Positions 49,085 through 60,132 of a stretch of DNA of 64,000 nucleotides are shown in pieces. The translations under genes were made by a program, and so were the position numbers. The stretch is from an uncultured Acidobacteriota bacterium. Lineage in GTDB: Bacteria; Acidobacteriota; Terriglobia; Acidiferrales; UBA7541. Each line of letters starts with the position of its first letter. The first letter of the stretch is position 1. The DNA lies in assembly GCA_963788345.1 (NCBI GenBank), contig CAWBGW010000039.1, forward strand, positions 3,310-67,309, in the 5' to 3' direction. The notes beneath the pieces are model-generated. The model was given only the letters and a program-made list of their open reading frames with translations. It was not told where the DNA came from and did not search any database.

Positions 49085-49986
49085 TGATAAGCCGGTCCAA
49101 GTTTGCGTGCCTTGTCGCTGCGTTCATTGTTTGCGCCCTGCTGTCCTGCACTCCCGCACGCGCACAGGATGGCCACGAGACCGATCCCGCCGCGGCGCTA
49201 TCGAGCGCGCTGACGGCGGCTTGCCGCGGGAACGAGACGCAGTTTGCAAATTACCTTACCGCCGATAACGCTCCGGCGTTTCGAGCGCTGCCAAAGGACC
49301 AACGCAGCGACCTTCTGAAGCGATTTTCGCTGATCGACGATCCCGGCAAGCCCTTGCTTTCGACGGATGCACAAAACCACATTGTTTTGCGATGCGAAGA
49401 TCCCGGCAGAACGGTGGAGTTTCGATTCGGCGAGGCGCGCGTTCGGGAAAATCTCGCCTTCATTCCTGTGACGGTGGTCGACTCGCAGCAGGCGCAGTTC
49501 GGATTGGTCCGCGAAAATGGTGGCTGGCGGATTCTCTCGCTGGGACTCGTGCTGCTGGACATCCCCGAACTCTCGAAGCAATGGGCGGAGCAAGACGTCG
49601 CTGAACGGGAAGATGCGATCGTCGCTGCGTTGCAGGGATTCACCGACGCGATCCAGCGATACAAGCGCGCGTTTGGAAAGCTGCCGGACTCGCTCGCGCA
49701 GCTGGGCCCCGCGGACCCAGGCCAAATCTCGCCGGAGCAGGCGTCACTCGTTTCAAAAGAGCTCGCCGCCGGCGCCGCTGGTGGATATCACTTCCGCTAC
49801 CGCGTGATTTCGACAGCCGATCCAAATAACCAGACCTTCGAGCTGGCCGCTACGCCGGATGATTATGGAAAGACGGGACGCAGGTCGTTCTTCCAGGATG
49901 GCGCAGGGAGAATCCACGCGGCCGACAAGCACGGCGCCGCCGCAACGAGCGACGACCCGCCCCTTGAATCCGAGAATACGCAGTAG
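49084..49986 (+). CDS. exported hypothetical protein
   Basis: It has a signal peptide (MISRSKFACLVAAFIVCALLSCTPARAQ). The ATG overlaps the TAA of the REC-like gene (TAATG). No family was recognised. Confidence 0.6.
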   Translation: MISRSKFACLVAAFIVCALLSCTPARAQDGHETDPAAALSSALTAACRGNETQFANYLTADNAPAFRALPKDQRSDLLKRFSLIDDPGKPLLSTDAQNHIVLRCEDPGRTVEFRFGEARVRENLAFIPVTVVDSQQAQFGLVRENGGWRILSLGLVLLDIPELSKQWAEQDVAEREDAIVAALQGFTDAIQRYKRAFGKLPDSLAQLGPADPGQISPEQASLVSKELAAGAAGGYHFRYRVISTADPNNQTFELAATPDDYGKTGRRSFFQDGAGRIHAADKHGAAATSDDPPLESENTQ

Positions 49987-50057
49987 TTCCCTCTCCTCAG
50001 GTATAATGTCGCTCGCGTTCTCGCCAGGAACACCAACGGGCGGGCCAATCACAAGTT

Positions 50058-50513
50058 TTGGGATCCATTTATTCCGTCATGCCCCCACCAACCGCGCAAC
50101 AGAAGCCGTCTCCGGAACAAGCCCTTAGCAGCGCAAACCAGCGGTTCTATGCCGCGTTCGAGTCTCGCGACATCGAGGAAATGTCGAGAGTCTGGGCGCA
50201 GGATGATGCCGTTCAGTGCGTCCACCCCGGCTGGGACTTGCTCATTGGCTGGGATGAAGTGCGAGAGCGCTGGGCCAGAATTTTCGCGAATGCGAAACGG
50301 GTTCGAATCGCGCTGAGTTCCGTGTGGGTGCGCGTGGAAGGCGATGTGGGATGGGTGGCGTGCACCGAGCACGTGACCACCGCATTTGCGGACGGCTTTG
50401 ATGAAGCTACGGTTCAGGCCACGAACGTCTTCGTTCGGCGCGACGGGCAGTGGCTGCTGGTCACACACCACGCCTCGCCGTTGCCACGGCCCACGACATC
50501 CACTGTTCAATAG
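50058..50513 (+). CDS. SnoaL-like / NTF2-like (DUF4440-type) protein
   Basis: NQRFYAAFESRDIEEMSRVWAQDD...GWDEVRERW...VFVRRDGQWLLVTHHAS is the typical NTF2-like pattern. Confidence 0.7.
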   Translation: MGSIYSVMPPPTAQQKPSPEQALSSANQRFYAAFESRDIEEMSRVWAQDDAVQCVHPGWDLLIGWDEVRERWARIFANAKRVRIALSSVWVRVEGDVGWVACTEHVTTAFADGFDEATVQATNVFVRRDGQWLLVTHHASPLPRPTTSTVQ

Positions 50514-50724
50514 GCATTCGGGGCCGTCGCCGCCTCAACTGTACGCGAAACGGTGTCTATGGTATTCTGGCGGCGTTCTAATTGGGCATTCACACCGGAA
50601 GACGCATACGGAGCTGAGTTCGCCCGCAAGGGCACCACAACTGGCACGACGGCTTTCTTCAAGTGTCTACTTCGGCCGCATGCCCAAGTGAGCGATTCCA
50701 GTGAGCGCCAGGACGGACCCAGCG

Positions 50725-51591
50725 ATGTCCACGCCAGTGGCAGCAACCAAGACCGCTGAACTACGCCTCGCGCATTCGCCCGACAGCGACGACGCTTTTA
50801 TGTTCTACGCCCTGGCCACGGGCAAGATCCGCCTGCCGGGCGTGAAGTTCACGCACATCCTCTCTGACATCGAGAGCTTGAATCAGGCCGCGCGACACGA
50901 AACATACGACATCACGGCGATCAGTTTCTTCGGGTACGCGTTCGTCGCCGATAAGTACGTGCTGCTCGATTGCGGGGCAAGTTTCGGCGAAGGCTACGGT
51001 CCAATCGTTGTCGCGTCCCATCCCATCAAGAAAAACGACCTCGCCGGACGTAAAGTGGCTATTCCCGGCACGCTAACCACTTCTTATCTGGCGCTCAAGC
51101 TATTCGAGCCCAACGTCGAGACCGTGACGATGCCCTTCGACAAGATTCTGGACGCTGTGCAGGCAAAGGAAGTGGAAGCCGGCTTGCTAATTCACGAGGG
51201 GCAATTGCTCTTTTCGCAAGTGGGATTGCATCGCGTGGTGGATTTGGGCCAGTGGTGGCACGAAACGACGAAGCTGCCCCTTCCCCTGGGAGCGAACGCG
51301 ATTCGGCGGAAACTTGGCCCGGAAATGGGCCTCCAGGTTGCGCGAGTGATCCGCGACAGCGTGAGCTACGCTCTGGAGCATCGCGATGCTGCGCTGAATT
51401 ACGCGTTGCAGTTCGCGCGCGACATGGACCCAGCCCTGGCCGACAAATTCATCGGCATGTACGTCAACCGGTGGACGCTCGACTACGGAGAAGAGGGCCG
51501 GCGGGCCGTGCGGGAATTGCTCGAACGTGGTGCAGCGGTTGGACTTGTGCCGTCGTCCTTTAGGGTTGAGTTCCTGTCTGAAGCCGCGTAA
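50725..51591 (+). CDS. MqnA/MqnD/SBP-family protein (futalosine-pathway menaquinone biosynthesis family)
   Basis: LRLAHSPDSDDAFMFYALATGKI...FTHILSDIESLN...IPGTLTTSYLALKLF matches the MqnA/MqnD periplasmic-binding-protein-like fold family. I cannot tell which member it is. Confidence 0.7.
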   Translation: MSTPVAATKTAELRLAHSPDSDDAFMFYALATGKIRLPGVKFTHILSDIESLNQAARHETYDITAISFFGYAFVADKYVLLDCGASFGEGYGPIVVASHPIKKNDLAGRKVAIPGTLTTSYLALKLFEPNVETVTMPFDKILDAVQAKEVEAGLLIHEGQLLFSQVGLHRVVDLGQWWHETTKLPLPLGANAIRRKLGPEMGLQVARVIRDSVSYALEHRDAALNYALQFARDMDPALADKFIGMYVNRWTLDYGEEGRRAVRELLERGAAVGLVPSSFRVEFLSEAA

Positions 51592-51749
51592 AATAGCTTT
51601 AGTTTCATTGGTGAGTGACGAGCCTTCACATATTTCCTGAAATCATCTATTTCGAGGGCCTCACAAAAGGCCATTCCCCGCAGTAAGCAGCGCAACAGCG
51701 TTTCCGCACGTTTCAATCGCAAGTCTTTCGAGAGGATATACTTGACGCC

Positions 51750-54700
51750 ATGAGGGACCTCATCCAACAGGGCGTGGCTCTTCGAGAGCTCTTGCGCGAG
51801 CGCATTCTGGTGCTCGACGGCGCAATGGGCACAATGCTGCAACAGCAGAACCTGACGGCCGCCGATTTTGGAGGGCCGCACCTCGAAGGCTGCAACGAAA
51901 ACCTGGTGATGACGCGGCCCGACGTGGTGCTTTCGATTCATCGCAAGTATTTCGAAGCCGGCTCGGACATGATCGAAACGAACTCGTTCGGCGGAACGCC
52001 GATCGTGCTCGCGGAGTACGGTCTGGGCGATCAGGCGCGAGAAATCAACCGGCGCGCGGCAGAGCTCGCTCGGCAGGCAGCGGACGAGTTTTCGACGGCT
52101 AAGAAGCCACGGTTCGTCGCGGGTTCGATGGGGCCGACCACGAAGGCAATCAGCGTGACCGGCGGCATCACCTTCGATGCCCTGCGGAAGAACTTCCGCG
52201 ACCAGGCGCAGGGCCTTATCGAAGGCGGCGCCGACGTGCTGCTGCTCGAGACTTCCCAGGACACCCGAAATATCAAGGCCGGCGTGCTCGGGATTCAGGA
52301 TCTGAGCCACGAACTTGGCCAGCCGATTCCGCTGATGATCTCGGTGACCATCGAACCGATGGGGAGCATGCTCGCCGGACAAAGCATTGAAGCCTTGTGG
52401 GCGTCTCTCGATCACGTCGAGCTGATCTCGCTCGGCCTCAATTGCGCGACGGGCCCTGAATTCATGACGGACCACATCCGCACGTTGCAATCGCTCACGA
52501 CGCGATTCGTCTCGTGCTATCCGAATGCGGGCCTGCCAAACGAGGAAGGCCGGTACGGGGAGACGCCGACATCCCTTGCGGAACAGCTTGGCAGGTTCGT
52601 CGAGCGCGGCTGGCTCAATATCGTGGGGGGATGCTGCGGGACCACGGAAAAGCACATTCGCGCGATCGCGCAGATGGCGGAAGGGAAGGCTCCGCGACGA
52701 CCGCCAGAACCGAATCATCGCGCGGTGTATTCCGGCATCGACGTCATCGAAGCCGAAGAGAGCACGCGGCCGCTGATCGTCGGCGAGCGCACGAACGTAA
52801 TCGGATCGCGTGCATTCAAGAATCTGGTCGGCGCGGAACAGTGGGAGGAAGCCACCGAGATTGCGCGCCGGCAGGTGAAAAGCGGCGCGCATATTGTCGA
52901 CGTGTGCCTGCAAAGCACCGACCGCGATGAGATGAAGGATATCCCGCCGTTCTACGATCAACTGATTCGCAAGATCAAAGCCCCGATCATGATCGATACC
53001 ACCGACGCGAAGGGCATCGAGCTCGCGCTCACCTATTGCCAGGGCAAAAGCATCATCAACTCGATCAACCTGGAAGATGGCGAAGAGAAATTCGAGCGCG
53101 TGTGCCCGCTGGCGCGCTCGTATGGGGCCGCTGTGATCGTCGGATGCATCGACGAAGATCCCGTGCAGGCGCAGGCGTTCACGCGAGAACGGAAGCTGGA
53201 AATCGCGGAACGCTCGCGCAAACTGCTGACGGAGAAGTACGGCATCCACGCGGAAAACATCATTTTCGACCCGCTCGTGTTCCCCTGCGCCACGGGTGAC
53301 GAAAACTACATCGGCGGCGCCGTGGAAACGATCGAGGGAATTCGGCTGATCAAACAGAAGATTCCCTACGTGCGGACCGTGCTCGGAATTTCCAACGTGT
53401 CGTTCGGGCTGCCGGCGGGCGCGCGCGAAGTGGTGAATTCGGTTTTCCTGTACTACTGCACGAAAGCGGGCCTCGACCTGGCGATCGTCAACGCGGAACG
53501 CATCGAGCGATTCCCTTCCATTCCCGAACGAGAGAGAACGCTGACGGAGAATCTGCTTTTCAATCGCGTGCCGGCGGAGATTCCCGACGGCCATCCGCAA
53601 TCGGCGCTGCTGCGCGGGGCGCCCGCCGATTGGCGCGAACAATCGCGCGAAGAGAAAGCAGCGATCAATCAGTTCAACATTGCCGCGATTTCGGACCACT
53701 TTCGCGGCGCGGGCACGCGCAAGAAGGCTAAGGCCGCAGACTTGCCGCTCGATCAGCGGCTCGCGAACTACATCCTTGAAGGCTCGAAGGATGGCTTGGT
53801 TGCGGACTTGGATCTCAAGCGGGGAGAAGGAGCCGCTCCGCTGGAGATTATCAACGGCCCGCTGATGGGCGGAATGGCCGAGGTCGGGCGGCTGTTCAAC
53901 AACAACGAGCTGATCGTCGCCGAAGTGCTGCAATCGGCGGAAGCGATGAAAGCCGCCGTGAACCATCTCGAGAAATTCATGGAGAAGGCGGATGTGGAAA
54001 AACGCGCGAAGGTGATTCTGGCCACCGTGAAGGGCGACGTTCACGATATCGGGAAGAATCTGGTGGAAATCATTCTGAAGAACAATGGCTACGACGTGAT
54101 CAATCTCGGCATCAAGGTGCCGCCGGAGGAGTTGATCCGCGCGCACCGCGAGCATCAGCCGGACGCGATCGGGCTTTCGGGCCTGCTCGTCAAGAGCGCG
54201 CAACAGATGGTGACCACCGCGTCCGATTTGCGCGAAGCGGGAATACGCGTGCCGTTGCTGGTGGGCGGCGCCGCACTATCGGAAAAGTTCACGAAGACAA
54301 AGATCGCGCCGCAGTACAACACGGCGGTCTGCTACGCGAAAGACGCCATGACGGGACTGCGCCTGATGAACGAGCTGAGCGATCCCGCGCGCCGCGACGG
54401 AACATTGCAGGAGCACACGTACGTTGGCACCGCCGTCCTCGACGAACCTGCGCCGCTCCCAGCGGAAGCGGTGGGCGAAGAGCGCTCGCCGCGAGTTCGC
54501 GTTGATTTGCCGATTCCGCAGGTGGCCTATCTGGACCGGAAGAAGCGCGTGATCCCCGACCTGAATGAGGTCTGGAGTTACGTGAATCCGTACATGGTTT
54601 TCGGCCGCCATCTCGGCTTCCGCGGAAATTTCGAAAAGGCCCTCGCCGAACGCGATCCGCGCGCGCTCGAACTATTCAACAACATGGAAGAAGTGAAGCG

Positions 54701-55316
54701 CGAGGCCGCGAAGTTCATGAAGATCGCCGCGGTGTGGCAGTTCTTCGAGGCGGAGCGCAAGGGCAATTCGATTGCGCTATTCGCTCCGAACGGAAGCGCG
54801 CCGCTTCACACATTTCATTTTCCGCGCCAGCGCATCGGCGACAAACTCTGCTTGAGCGATTACGTTCTTCCGCCGCGCGATGGCGGACGCGATCACATCG
54901 CGCTCTTTGTTGTCACGGCCGGCGCCGGTATTCGCGAACGGGCGGAAGCGGAAAAAACCGCCGGAAATTACTTTTTCTCCCATGGATTGCAGGCGCTGGC
55001 CCTTGAAACGGCTGAGGCTTGCGCCGAATGGCTGCATCGGCGAATCCGAGAGGATTGGGGCTTCCCCGATCCTCCGGCGATGACCATGGCGGACCGTTTC
55101 ACCTCAAGATACCGCGGGAAGCGTTACAGTTTCGGCTACCCTGCATGCCCGAATCTGGAGGACCAAGCTGGAATCTGGCTGCTTCTTCACCCGGAAGAAA
55201 TCGGAATCCATCTCACCGAAGGAATGATGATGGACCCGGAAGCGAGCGTCAGCGCGCTTGTATTTCAACATCCGGATTGCACCTATTTCTCGGTGGGCGA
55301 GCAGAGCGACGCATAG
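51750..55316 (+). CDS. metH: cobalamin-dependent methionine synthase
   Basis: Intact 1188 aa. It has the Hcy-binding domain (LDGAMGT...GGCCGTT), the pterin-binding domain, the B12-binding motif (GDVHDIGKNLV) and the AdoMet activation domain. Confidence 0.97.
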   Translation: MRDLIQQGVALRELLRERILVLDGAMGTMLQQQNLTAADFGGPHLEGCNENLVMTRPDVVLSIHRKYFEAGSDMIETNSFGGTPIVLAEYGLGDQAREINRRAAELARQAADEFSTAKKPRFVAGSMGPTTKAISVTGGITFDALRKNFRDQAQGLIEGGADVLLLETSQDTRNIKAGVLGIQDLSHELGQPIPLMISVTIEPMGSMLAGQSIEALWASLDHVELISLGLNCATGPEFMTDHIRTLQSLTTRFVSCYPNAGLPNEEGRYGETPTSLAEQLGRFVERGWLNIVGGCCGTTEKHIRAIAQMAEGKAPRRPPEPNHRAVYSGIDVIEAEESTRPLIVGERTNVIGSRAFKNLVGAEQWEEATEIARRQVKSGAHIVDVCLQSTDRDEMKDIPPFYDQLIRKIKAPIMIDTTDAKGIELALTYCQGKSIINSINLEDGEEKFERVCPLARSYGAAVIVGCIDEDPVQAQAFTRERKLEIAERSRKLLTEKYGIHAENIIFDPLVFPCATGDENYIGGAVETIEGIRLIKQKIPYVRTVLGISNVSFGLPAGAREVVNSVFLYYCTKAGLDLAIVNAERIERFPSIPERERTLTENLLFNRVPAEIPDGHPQSALLRGAPADWREQSREEKAAINQFNIAAISDHFRGAGTRKKAKAADLPLDQRLANYILEGSKDGLVADLDLKRGEGAAPLEIINGPLMGGMAEVGRLFNNNELIVAEVLQSAEAMKAAVNHLEKFMEKADVEKRAKVILATVKGDVHDIGKNLVEIILKNNGYDVINLGIKVPPEELIRAHREHQPDAIGLSGLLVKSAQQMVTTASDLREAGIRVPLLVGGAALSEKFTKTKIAPQYNTAVCYAKDAMTGLRLMNELSDPARRDGTLQEHTYVGTAVLDEPAPLPAEAVGEERSPRVRVDLPIPQVAYLDRKKRVIPDLNEVWSYVNPYMVFGRHLGFRGNFEKALAERDPRALELFNNMEEVKREAAKFMKIAAVWQFFEAERKGNSIALFAPNGSAPLHTFHFPRQRIGDKLCLSDYVLPPRDGGRDHIALFVVTAGAGIRERAEAEKTAGNYFFSHGLQALALETAEACAEWLHRRIREDWGFPDPPAMTMADRFTSRYRGKRYSFGYPACPNLEDQAGIWLLLHPEEIGIHLTEGMMMDPEASVSALVFQHPDCTYFSVGEQSDA

Positions 55317-55425
55317 AAATTGCCTGAGTGAATCTTGGCTCGACTTCCGCCAATTAACTCTTAGGTACCCCTCTCGATCTTTTGAGCGGAGCACGCCGGG
55401 CTCTGTGTCCTACGATGGTGTTGCG

Positions 55426-55644
55426 ATGCCGAAAGATATCATCGATTTCACGCCCGATCGCCAGGACCCGCTCCCGGCCCAAAACCGGACTCCACAATCC
55501 GATGTCGCAGAGGCTCTCCCGTACGTCGGCGCCTACCCAAAGCAATTCCAGCGACGACGAGACGATACCCTGCGATGGATTGTTCTGGCAATGCTGGTAG
55601 GAGCGATCGTGGCGTTCGCACTCGTCAACTATCTTGCGAATTAG
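55426..55644 (+). CDS. small tail-anchored membrane protein (72 aa), hypothetical
   Basis: MPKDIIDFTPDRQ... with a C-terminal TM helix (WIVLAMLVGAIVAFALVNYL). Support is weak, resting on ORF and topology only. Confidence 0.3.
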   Translation: MPKDIIDFTPDRQDPLPAQNRTPQSDVAEALPYVGAYPKQFQRRRDDTLRWIVLAMLVGAIVAFALVNYLAN

Positions 55645-55706
55645 CCCGGCTCTGTTCGCCAGGTAGGGCGATTGTCATGCGCCTTTTCCAGTGCTAGCAT
55701 CGCTTC

Positions 55707-55934
55707 ATGCCGCACGAATTCAGCGAAAACGAACGCGATCCTGAAACGCAAACCTCGGCGGCCCGCGGCATGGGTCCCCCGCGGAAGGGGATCGGCGCTG
55801 ACGTGCTCGATCCCCCCGGGGAAGTTCCCGTACCTGGCCTCTTCCGGCATCCGCGCATCTTCATCTGGTTGGGAATTCTCTTGCTCCTAGGATCGATTGT
55901 TGCGCTGGTGATGACGTCGCTGCTGCGAAGGTAG
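55707..55934 (+). CDS. small tail-anchored membrane protein (75 aa), hypothetical
   Basis: MPHEFSENERDPE... with a C-terminal TM helix (IFIWLGILLLLGSIVALVMTSLL). Its architecture matches the preceding small ORF. Confidence 0.35.
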   Translation: MPHEFSENERDPETQTSAARGMGPPRKGIGADVLDPPGEVPVPGLFRHPRIFIWLGILLLLGSIVALVMTSLLRR

Positions 55935-56011
55935 TTCCCTTCTTCCGCCAGCCTGGAGCCCTGCGCTTCACTTGACGCGCTCACACCGAGTCTCATAGAG
56001 TTCCCTCACCT

Positions 56012-57879
56012 ATGAACAAAACCGTTCCTTCGCTGTTCCTTTCGTGCATCGCAATCTTTCTCTCCGTGACGCTCTCTGGAAACTCCGAGGCACAGTCTCA
56101 GAGTCAGGCGCAGCAGCCGCAGGAATACGCTCACGCGGGCGCGAATCCGGATTGGCCAACGACGGCCGTCCGCGCCCCCAAAGGGATGGTGGTCAGCGAC
56201 GAAAAACTCGCCTCGGATGCCGGCGTCGAAATCATGAAGCAGGGCGGCAATGCAGTCGACGCGGCCGTGGCGGTCGCGTTTGCGCTGGCCGTGGTTGAAC
56301 CTCAGGCGGGCAATATCGGCGGTGGCGGCTTCATGCTGGTGCGCAAGGCGGACGGCAAAGCCGAATTCGTGGACTATCGGGAAACGGCACCGGCCAAGGC
56401 CTCACGCGATATGTACCTTTCCGCGGATGGCACCGTGGACGCGAAAGCTTCCGTGAAGGGTTACAGGGCGGTAGGCGTGCCCGGCACGGTTGCGGGTCTT
56501 ACGCTCGCCCTCAGCAAATACGGAACAATGAAGCTGCCGGACGTGATGGCGCCTGCAATTCGTCTTGCTGAAGAGGGTTTCCCGCTGAGTGAAAGGCGCG
56601 CCGGTCTGCTGCGCAGTCCCGAATTCGGGCCTTCAGCAGTTTGCCATCAGCCGGCGCATCTTCTTGAAGGACGGCGACTATTACCAGGCGGGTGAGATTC
56701 TGAAGCAGCCGGAGCTCGGCGCAACGCTCCGTCGAATCGCGAAGGATGGAGCTGCCGAGTTCTACCGCGGCCGCACGGCTCACGATCTCGCCGGCGAGAT
56801 GAAAGAAGAAGGCGGATTGATAACGCTCGACGACCTCGCCGGCTACAAGGCAAAAATCCGCGAGCCACTCACGAAGACGTACGCTGTGAACGGTCACCAA
56901 TGGGAAATCATCACGAGTCCGCCGCCGAGCTCGGGCGGCGTCGCGACGATTGAGGCTCTCAACATCCTGCAAACGGTTCCTCTCAAGTCGTGGGATGATC
57001 CGGAATCGGTGCACTGGGTGGTGGAGGCGATGCGGCGCGCGTTCGCGGACCGCGCCATGTATCTCGCCGACCCGGACTTCGCCAGCGTACCTGTGGCCGG
57101 GTTGATTTCCGGTTGCTATGCGGATTCGTTGCGCGCGACGATCGATCCGGCCAAGGCGTCGTCGAGCCAGCAGGTCGGCGCCGATGATCCCAAGATTCTT
57201 CAGAAGCAATCCCTTTCGCCGTGTACAGAATCCGGCGGCCGCTCAGCCGTAGCGGATAAGGACGCTGCGGCAATTGCACTTGCGGAAGCCGCGCGCGAGG
57301 GTCACACCACTCACTTCTCGGTCGTGGACGGCGCCGGAAACGCCGTCTCAAACACCTACACGCTGAACGCCTACTTCGGTTCCGGCGTGACTTCCCACGA
57401 TGGCATTCTCTTGAATGACGAGATGGATGATTTCACGACGCATCCAGGTTCCACCAACATGTTCGGCTTGATTCAGTCGGAAGCCAATACGGTGGGTCCG
57501 GGAAAGCGACCCCTGAGTTCGATGATGCCGACGATTCTGCTGCGCGACGGCAAACTGAGCTTCGTTACCGGCTCGCCGGGCGGTCCGACGATTATTTCGG
57601 TGACACTGCTCTCGATTCTGAACTGGATGCGGCTCGGGATGGATGCACAATCCGCCATCAACGCGCCTCGCTTCCATCAGCAGTGGATGCCGGAGGACGT
57701 CGTCCTGGAGCCGTCGATTTCCCCGGCCGTCTTGCAGGATTTGGAAAGCAGGGGCTACCACATCGCGCAGAACCAGCGATGGCTGGGAATGATCGAAGCC
57801 ATTGGCATCGATCCCAAGCACCGGCGAGCGGCTCGGCGCTGGCGACCCGAGGCGAAACGGCGCGGCCTCTGGCTATTGA
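56012..57879 (+). pseudogene. ggt: gamma-glutamyltransferase, two frame breaks
   Basis: It has a signal peptide, GGNAVDAAVA...AGNIGGGGFML, and the autoprocessing site ...EGHTTHFSVVD, followed by GSPGGPTIIS. The frame is lost near 56620 and again near 57819. The restored C-terminus reads ...IDPKTGERLGAGDPRRNGAASGY* (stop 57877-57879). Confidence 0.9.
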
Positions 57880-57935
57880 CGCGAGAGCGTTTTCCACCGA
57901 CCATGGTAATTCTTCACTGAGGCGCTGGGGACTTC

Positions 57936-58769
57936 ATGCAACGCGTTCTTTCCACGTATCGGTACGTCCACAATCCGCTCGGACCAACGCTGCTCGCGGA
58001 AATCGCGCAGGCAGGCATTCCCGCAATCGAGATCTTTTGCTCGCTGGGGCATTTCAACTATCCCTCGCAGCCGGCGGTGCGCGAACTCGCCGGCGCGCTC
58101 GAAGAATCCGGTCTCAAGCTGCATTCCTTACACTCGCCGACGGAACGCGATACGGCCGTTGGGCGTGACAGCGGCGTTCCTATTTCGATTTCGGATACGG
58201 AGCGCGTCCGCCGGCTGGATGCCGTAGACGAAGTGAAGCGGGCGCTGGAAGTCGCCGAGCGAATTCCCTTTCAGTACCTGGTCCAGCATATCGGTCACTC
58301 CCGGCAGATGGCCGATCCGAAAAAATTCGACGCGGCGTTCAATTCGCTCGAGCATCTCGTCATTTTCGCCAAGCAGCGCGGCGTCACGATCGCGCTCGAA
58401 AACACGCCGGGTGAACTCGGCTCGCCGGAATCGCTCCAGCAGTTCATCAAGGAGACTCACTTGAACGGAGTGAAGTTGTGCCTCGACGTGGGGCACGCGC
58501 ATCTCGACTCAGGCGTAAGCGGCGCGTTCGAACTGATGAGCGAACGCCTTGTTACTACGCACATTCACGATAATCACGGAGAAAAGGACGAGCACCTGCT
58601 GCCCTATGAAGGGACGATCGATTGGGACGCGACTCTCGGACTGTTTTCCGGAGCCTCTCAGCCGCTTCCGATCGTTCTCGAGCTGAAGGAGCAAACCGCG
58701 GGCGGACCGGTGCTCGATCAGGTGCGGGCGACGTTCGATAAGATCGAAGAGAATCTCGAAAAACGATGA
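57936..58769 (+). CDS. sugar phosphate isomerase/epimerase (xylose-isomerase-like TIM barrel)
   Basis: 277 aa with ...[11 protein letters not shown]...LCLDVGHAH...THIHDN..., the typical AP endonuclease 2/Xyl-isomerase-like motifs. An ATGA overlap joins it to asnS. Confidence 0.85.
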   Translation: MQRVLSTYRYVHNPLGPTLLAEIAQAGIPAIEIFCSLGHFNYPSQPAVRELAGALEESGLKLHSLHSPTERDTAVGRDSGVPISISDTERVRRLDAVDEVKRALEVAERIPFQYLVQHIGHSRQMADPKKFDAAFNSLEHLVIFAKQRGVTIALENTPGELGSPESLQQFIKETHLNGVKLCLDVGHAHLDSGVSGAFELMSERLVTTHIHDNHGEKDEHLLPYEGTIDWDATLGLFSGASQPLPIVLELKEQTAGGPVLDQVRATFDKIEENLEKR

Positions 58770-60092
58770 CCCAGGAAACACACGCTGGCCTTCCTATAGT
58801 TTCGATCGAGCACGCGGGACAGCATGCTGGAAGTGCCGTCACGATTCGCGGGTGGCTGTACAACCTCCGCGAGTCCGGCAAATTGCTGTTTCCCATTTTT
58901 CGAGACGGCACCGGCGTGATTCAGGGTGTCGTCTCGCTGAAGGAAAATCCAGCGGCGTTCGAGGCGCTCAAAGGTCTGACGCTGGAATCCAGCGTGATCC
59001 TGAGCGGCAAGATTCAGGCCGAACCACGCGCTCCGGGCGGCTACGAAATCCACGTCAATGCGCTCGAGGTGGTGCAGCGAGTTCCCGACTCCACGCCGTA
59101 TCCGATTCAGCTCAAGGAGCACGGCGTCGACTTTCTGCTCGATCAGCGCCATCTCTGGATTCGAACGCCGCGGCAGGCCTCGATTCTGCGCATCCGCGCC
59201 CAAGCCGAGGGCGCTGCGCGGAATTACATGGACAGTCAGGGCTACACGCTCACCGATGCGCCGATTTTCACGCCCGCGGCGTGCGAAGGCACCACCACGC
59301 TCTTCGAAGTGAATTATATCGACGACCAAAAGGCCTATCTCACGCAATCGGGGCAGCTCTATGTCGAGGCGACGGCCGCGGCGCTGGGGAAGGTCTACAC
59401 ATTCGGCCCCACATTCCGCGCCGAAAAATCGAAGACGCGCCGGCATTTGACCGAGTTCTGGATGCTCGAGCCCGAAGCTGCATATTGCGCATCTGGAAGA
59501 CATGATTCGACTCGGCGAAGGGCTCGTTAGCGCCATCGTGCAATCTGTCGTGAAGAACAAGGCGCGCGAACTCGAGACTTTGCAGCGCGACGTCTCGAAA
59601 CTCGCAAAGATCGAGCCACCATTTCCCCGCATCAGCTATGACGAAGCGATCGGCGTCCTGCAGAGCGCCGGAAACTCCGCGAAATGGGGCGATGATTTCG
59701 GCGGCGACGAAGAGACGATTCTCTCCAAGAACTTCGACAAGCCCGTGATCATCCATCGTTATCCCGCTGCGATGAAAGCGTTCTACATGGCCACGGACCC
59801 CGAGCGGCCCGAGCTTTCGCTCAGTTTCGACATGATTGCGCCGGAGGGATACGGCGAAATCATCGGCGGAGGCGAGCGCCAGTCGAACTATGAGACGTTG
59901 ATTCGGCGCATTCGCGAAGAGAAGCTGCCCGAAGAATCTTTCCAGTGGTATCTGGACCTGAGGCGCTACGGCAGCGTTCCGCACGCGGGCTTTGGTCTGG
60001 GCCTCGAGCGCACGGTGGCATGGATTTGCGGAACGGAGCACATTCGCGAGGTCATCCCCTTTCCACGGATGCTGTATCGCGTCTATCCTTGA
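58766..60092 (+). pseudogene. asnS: asparagine--tRNA ligase, one frame break
   Basis: Class IIb motifs are present: [24 protein letters not shown], then a frame change near 59486 to [13 protein letters not shown]...GGGERQ...[18 protein letters not shown]. This is consistent with one extra T in catattgcg. Confidence 0.9.
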
Positions 60093-60132
60093 GCGTCCCT
60101 CCAGCGTCTCGGGATCGCAAAAAGAAGCCAGC

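Noticed and set aside
51592-51749. Possible riboswitch (cobalamin, SAM or SAH) in the metH leader.
   Set aside because: Only one short hairpin (ggcct-cacaaa-aggcc) is visible. None of the conserved cores I know for B12, SAM-I/II or SAH elements is recognisable. I cannot run a covariance model here.
51483-54203. 906-aa ORF on the minus strand.
   Set aside because: It lies entirely antisense to the intact, strongly conserved metH. It is Arg/His/Leu-rich with no recognisable motif. This is the typical shadow ORF of a high-GC coding region.
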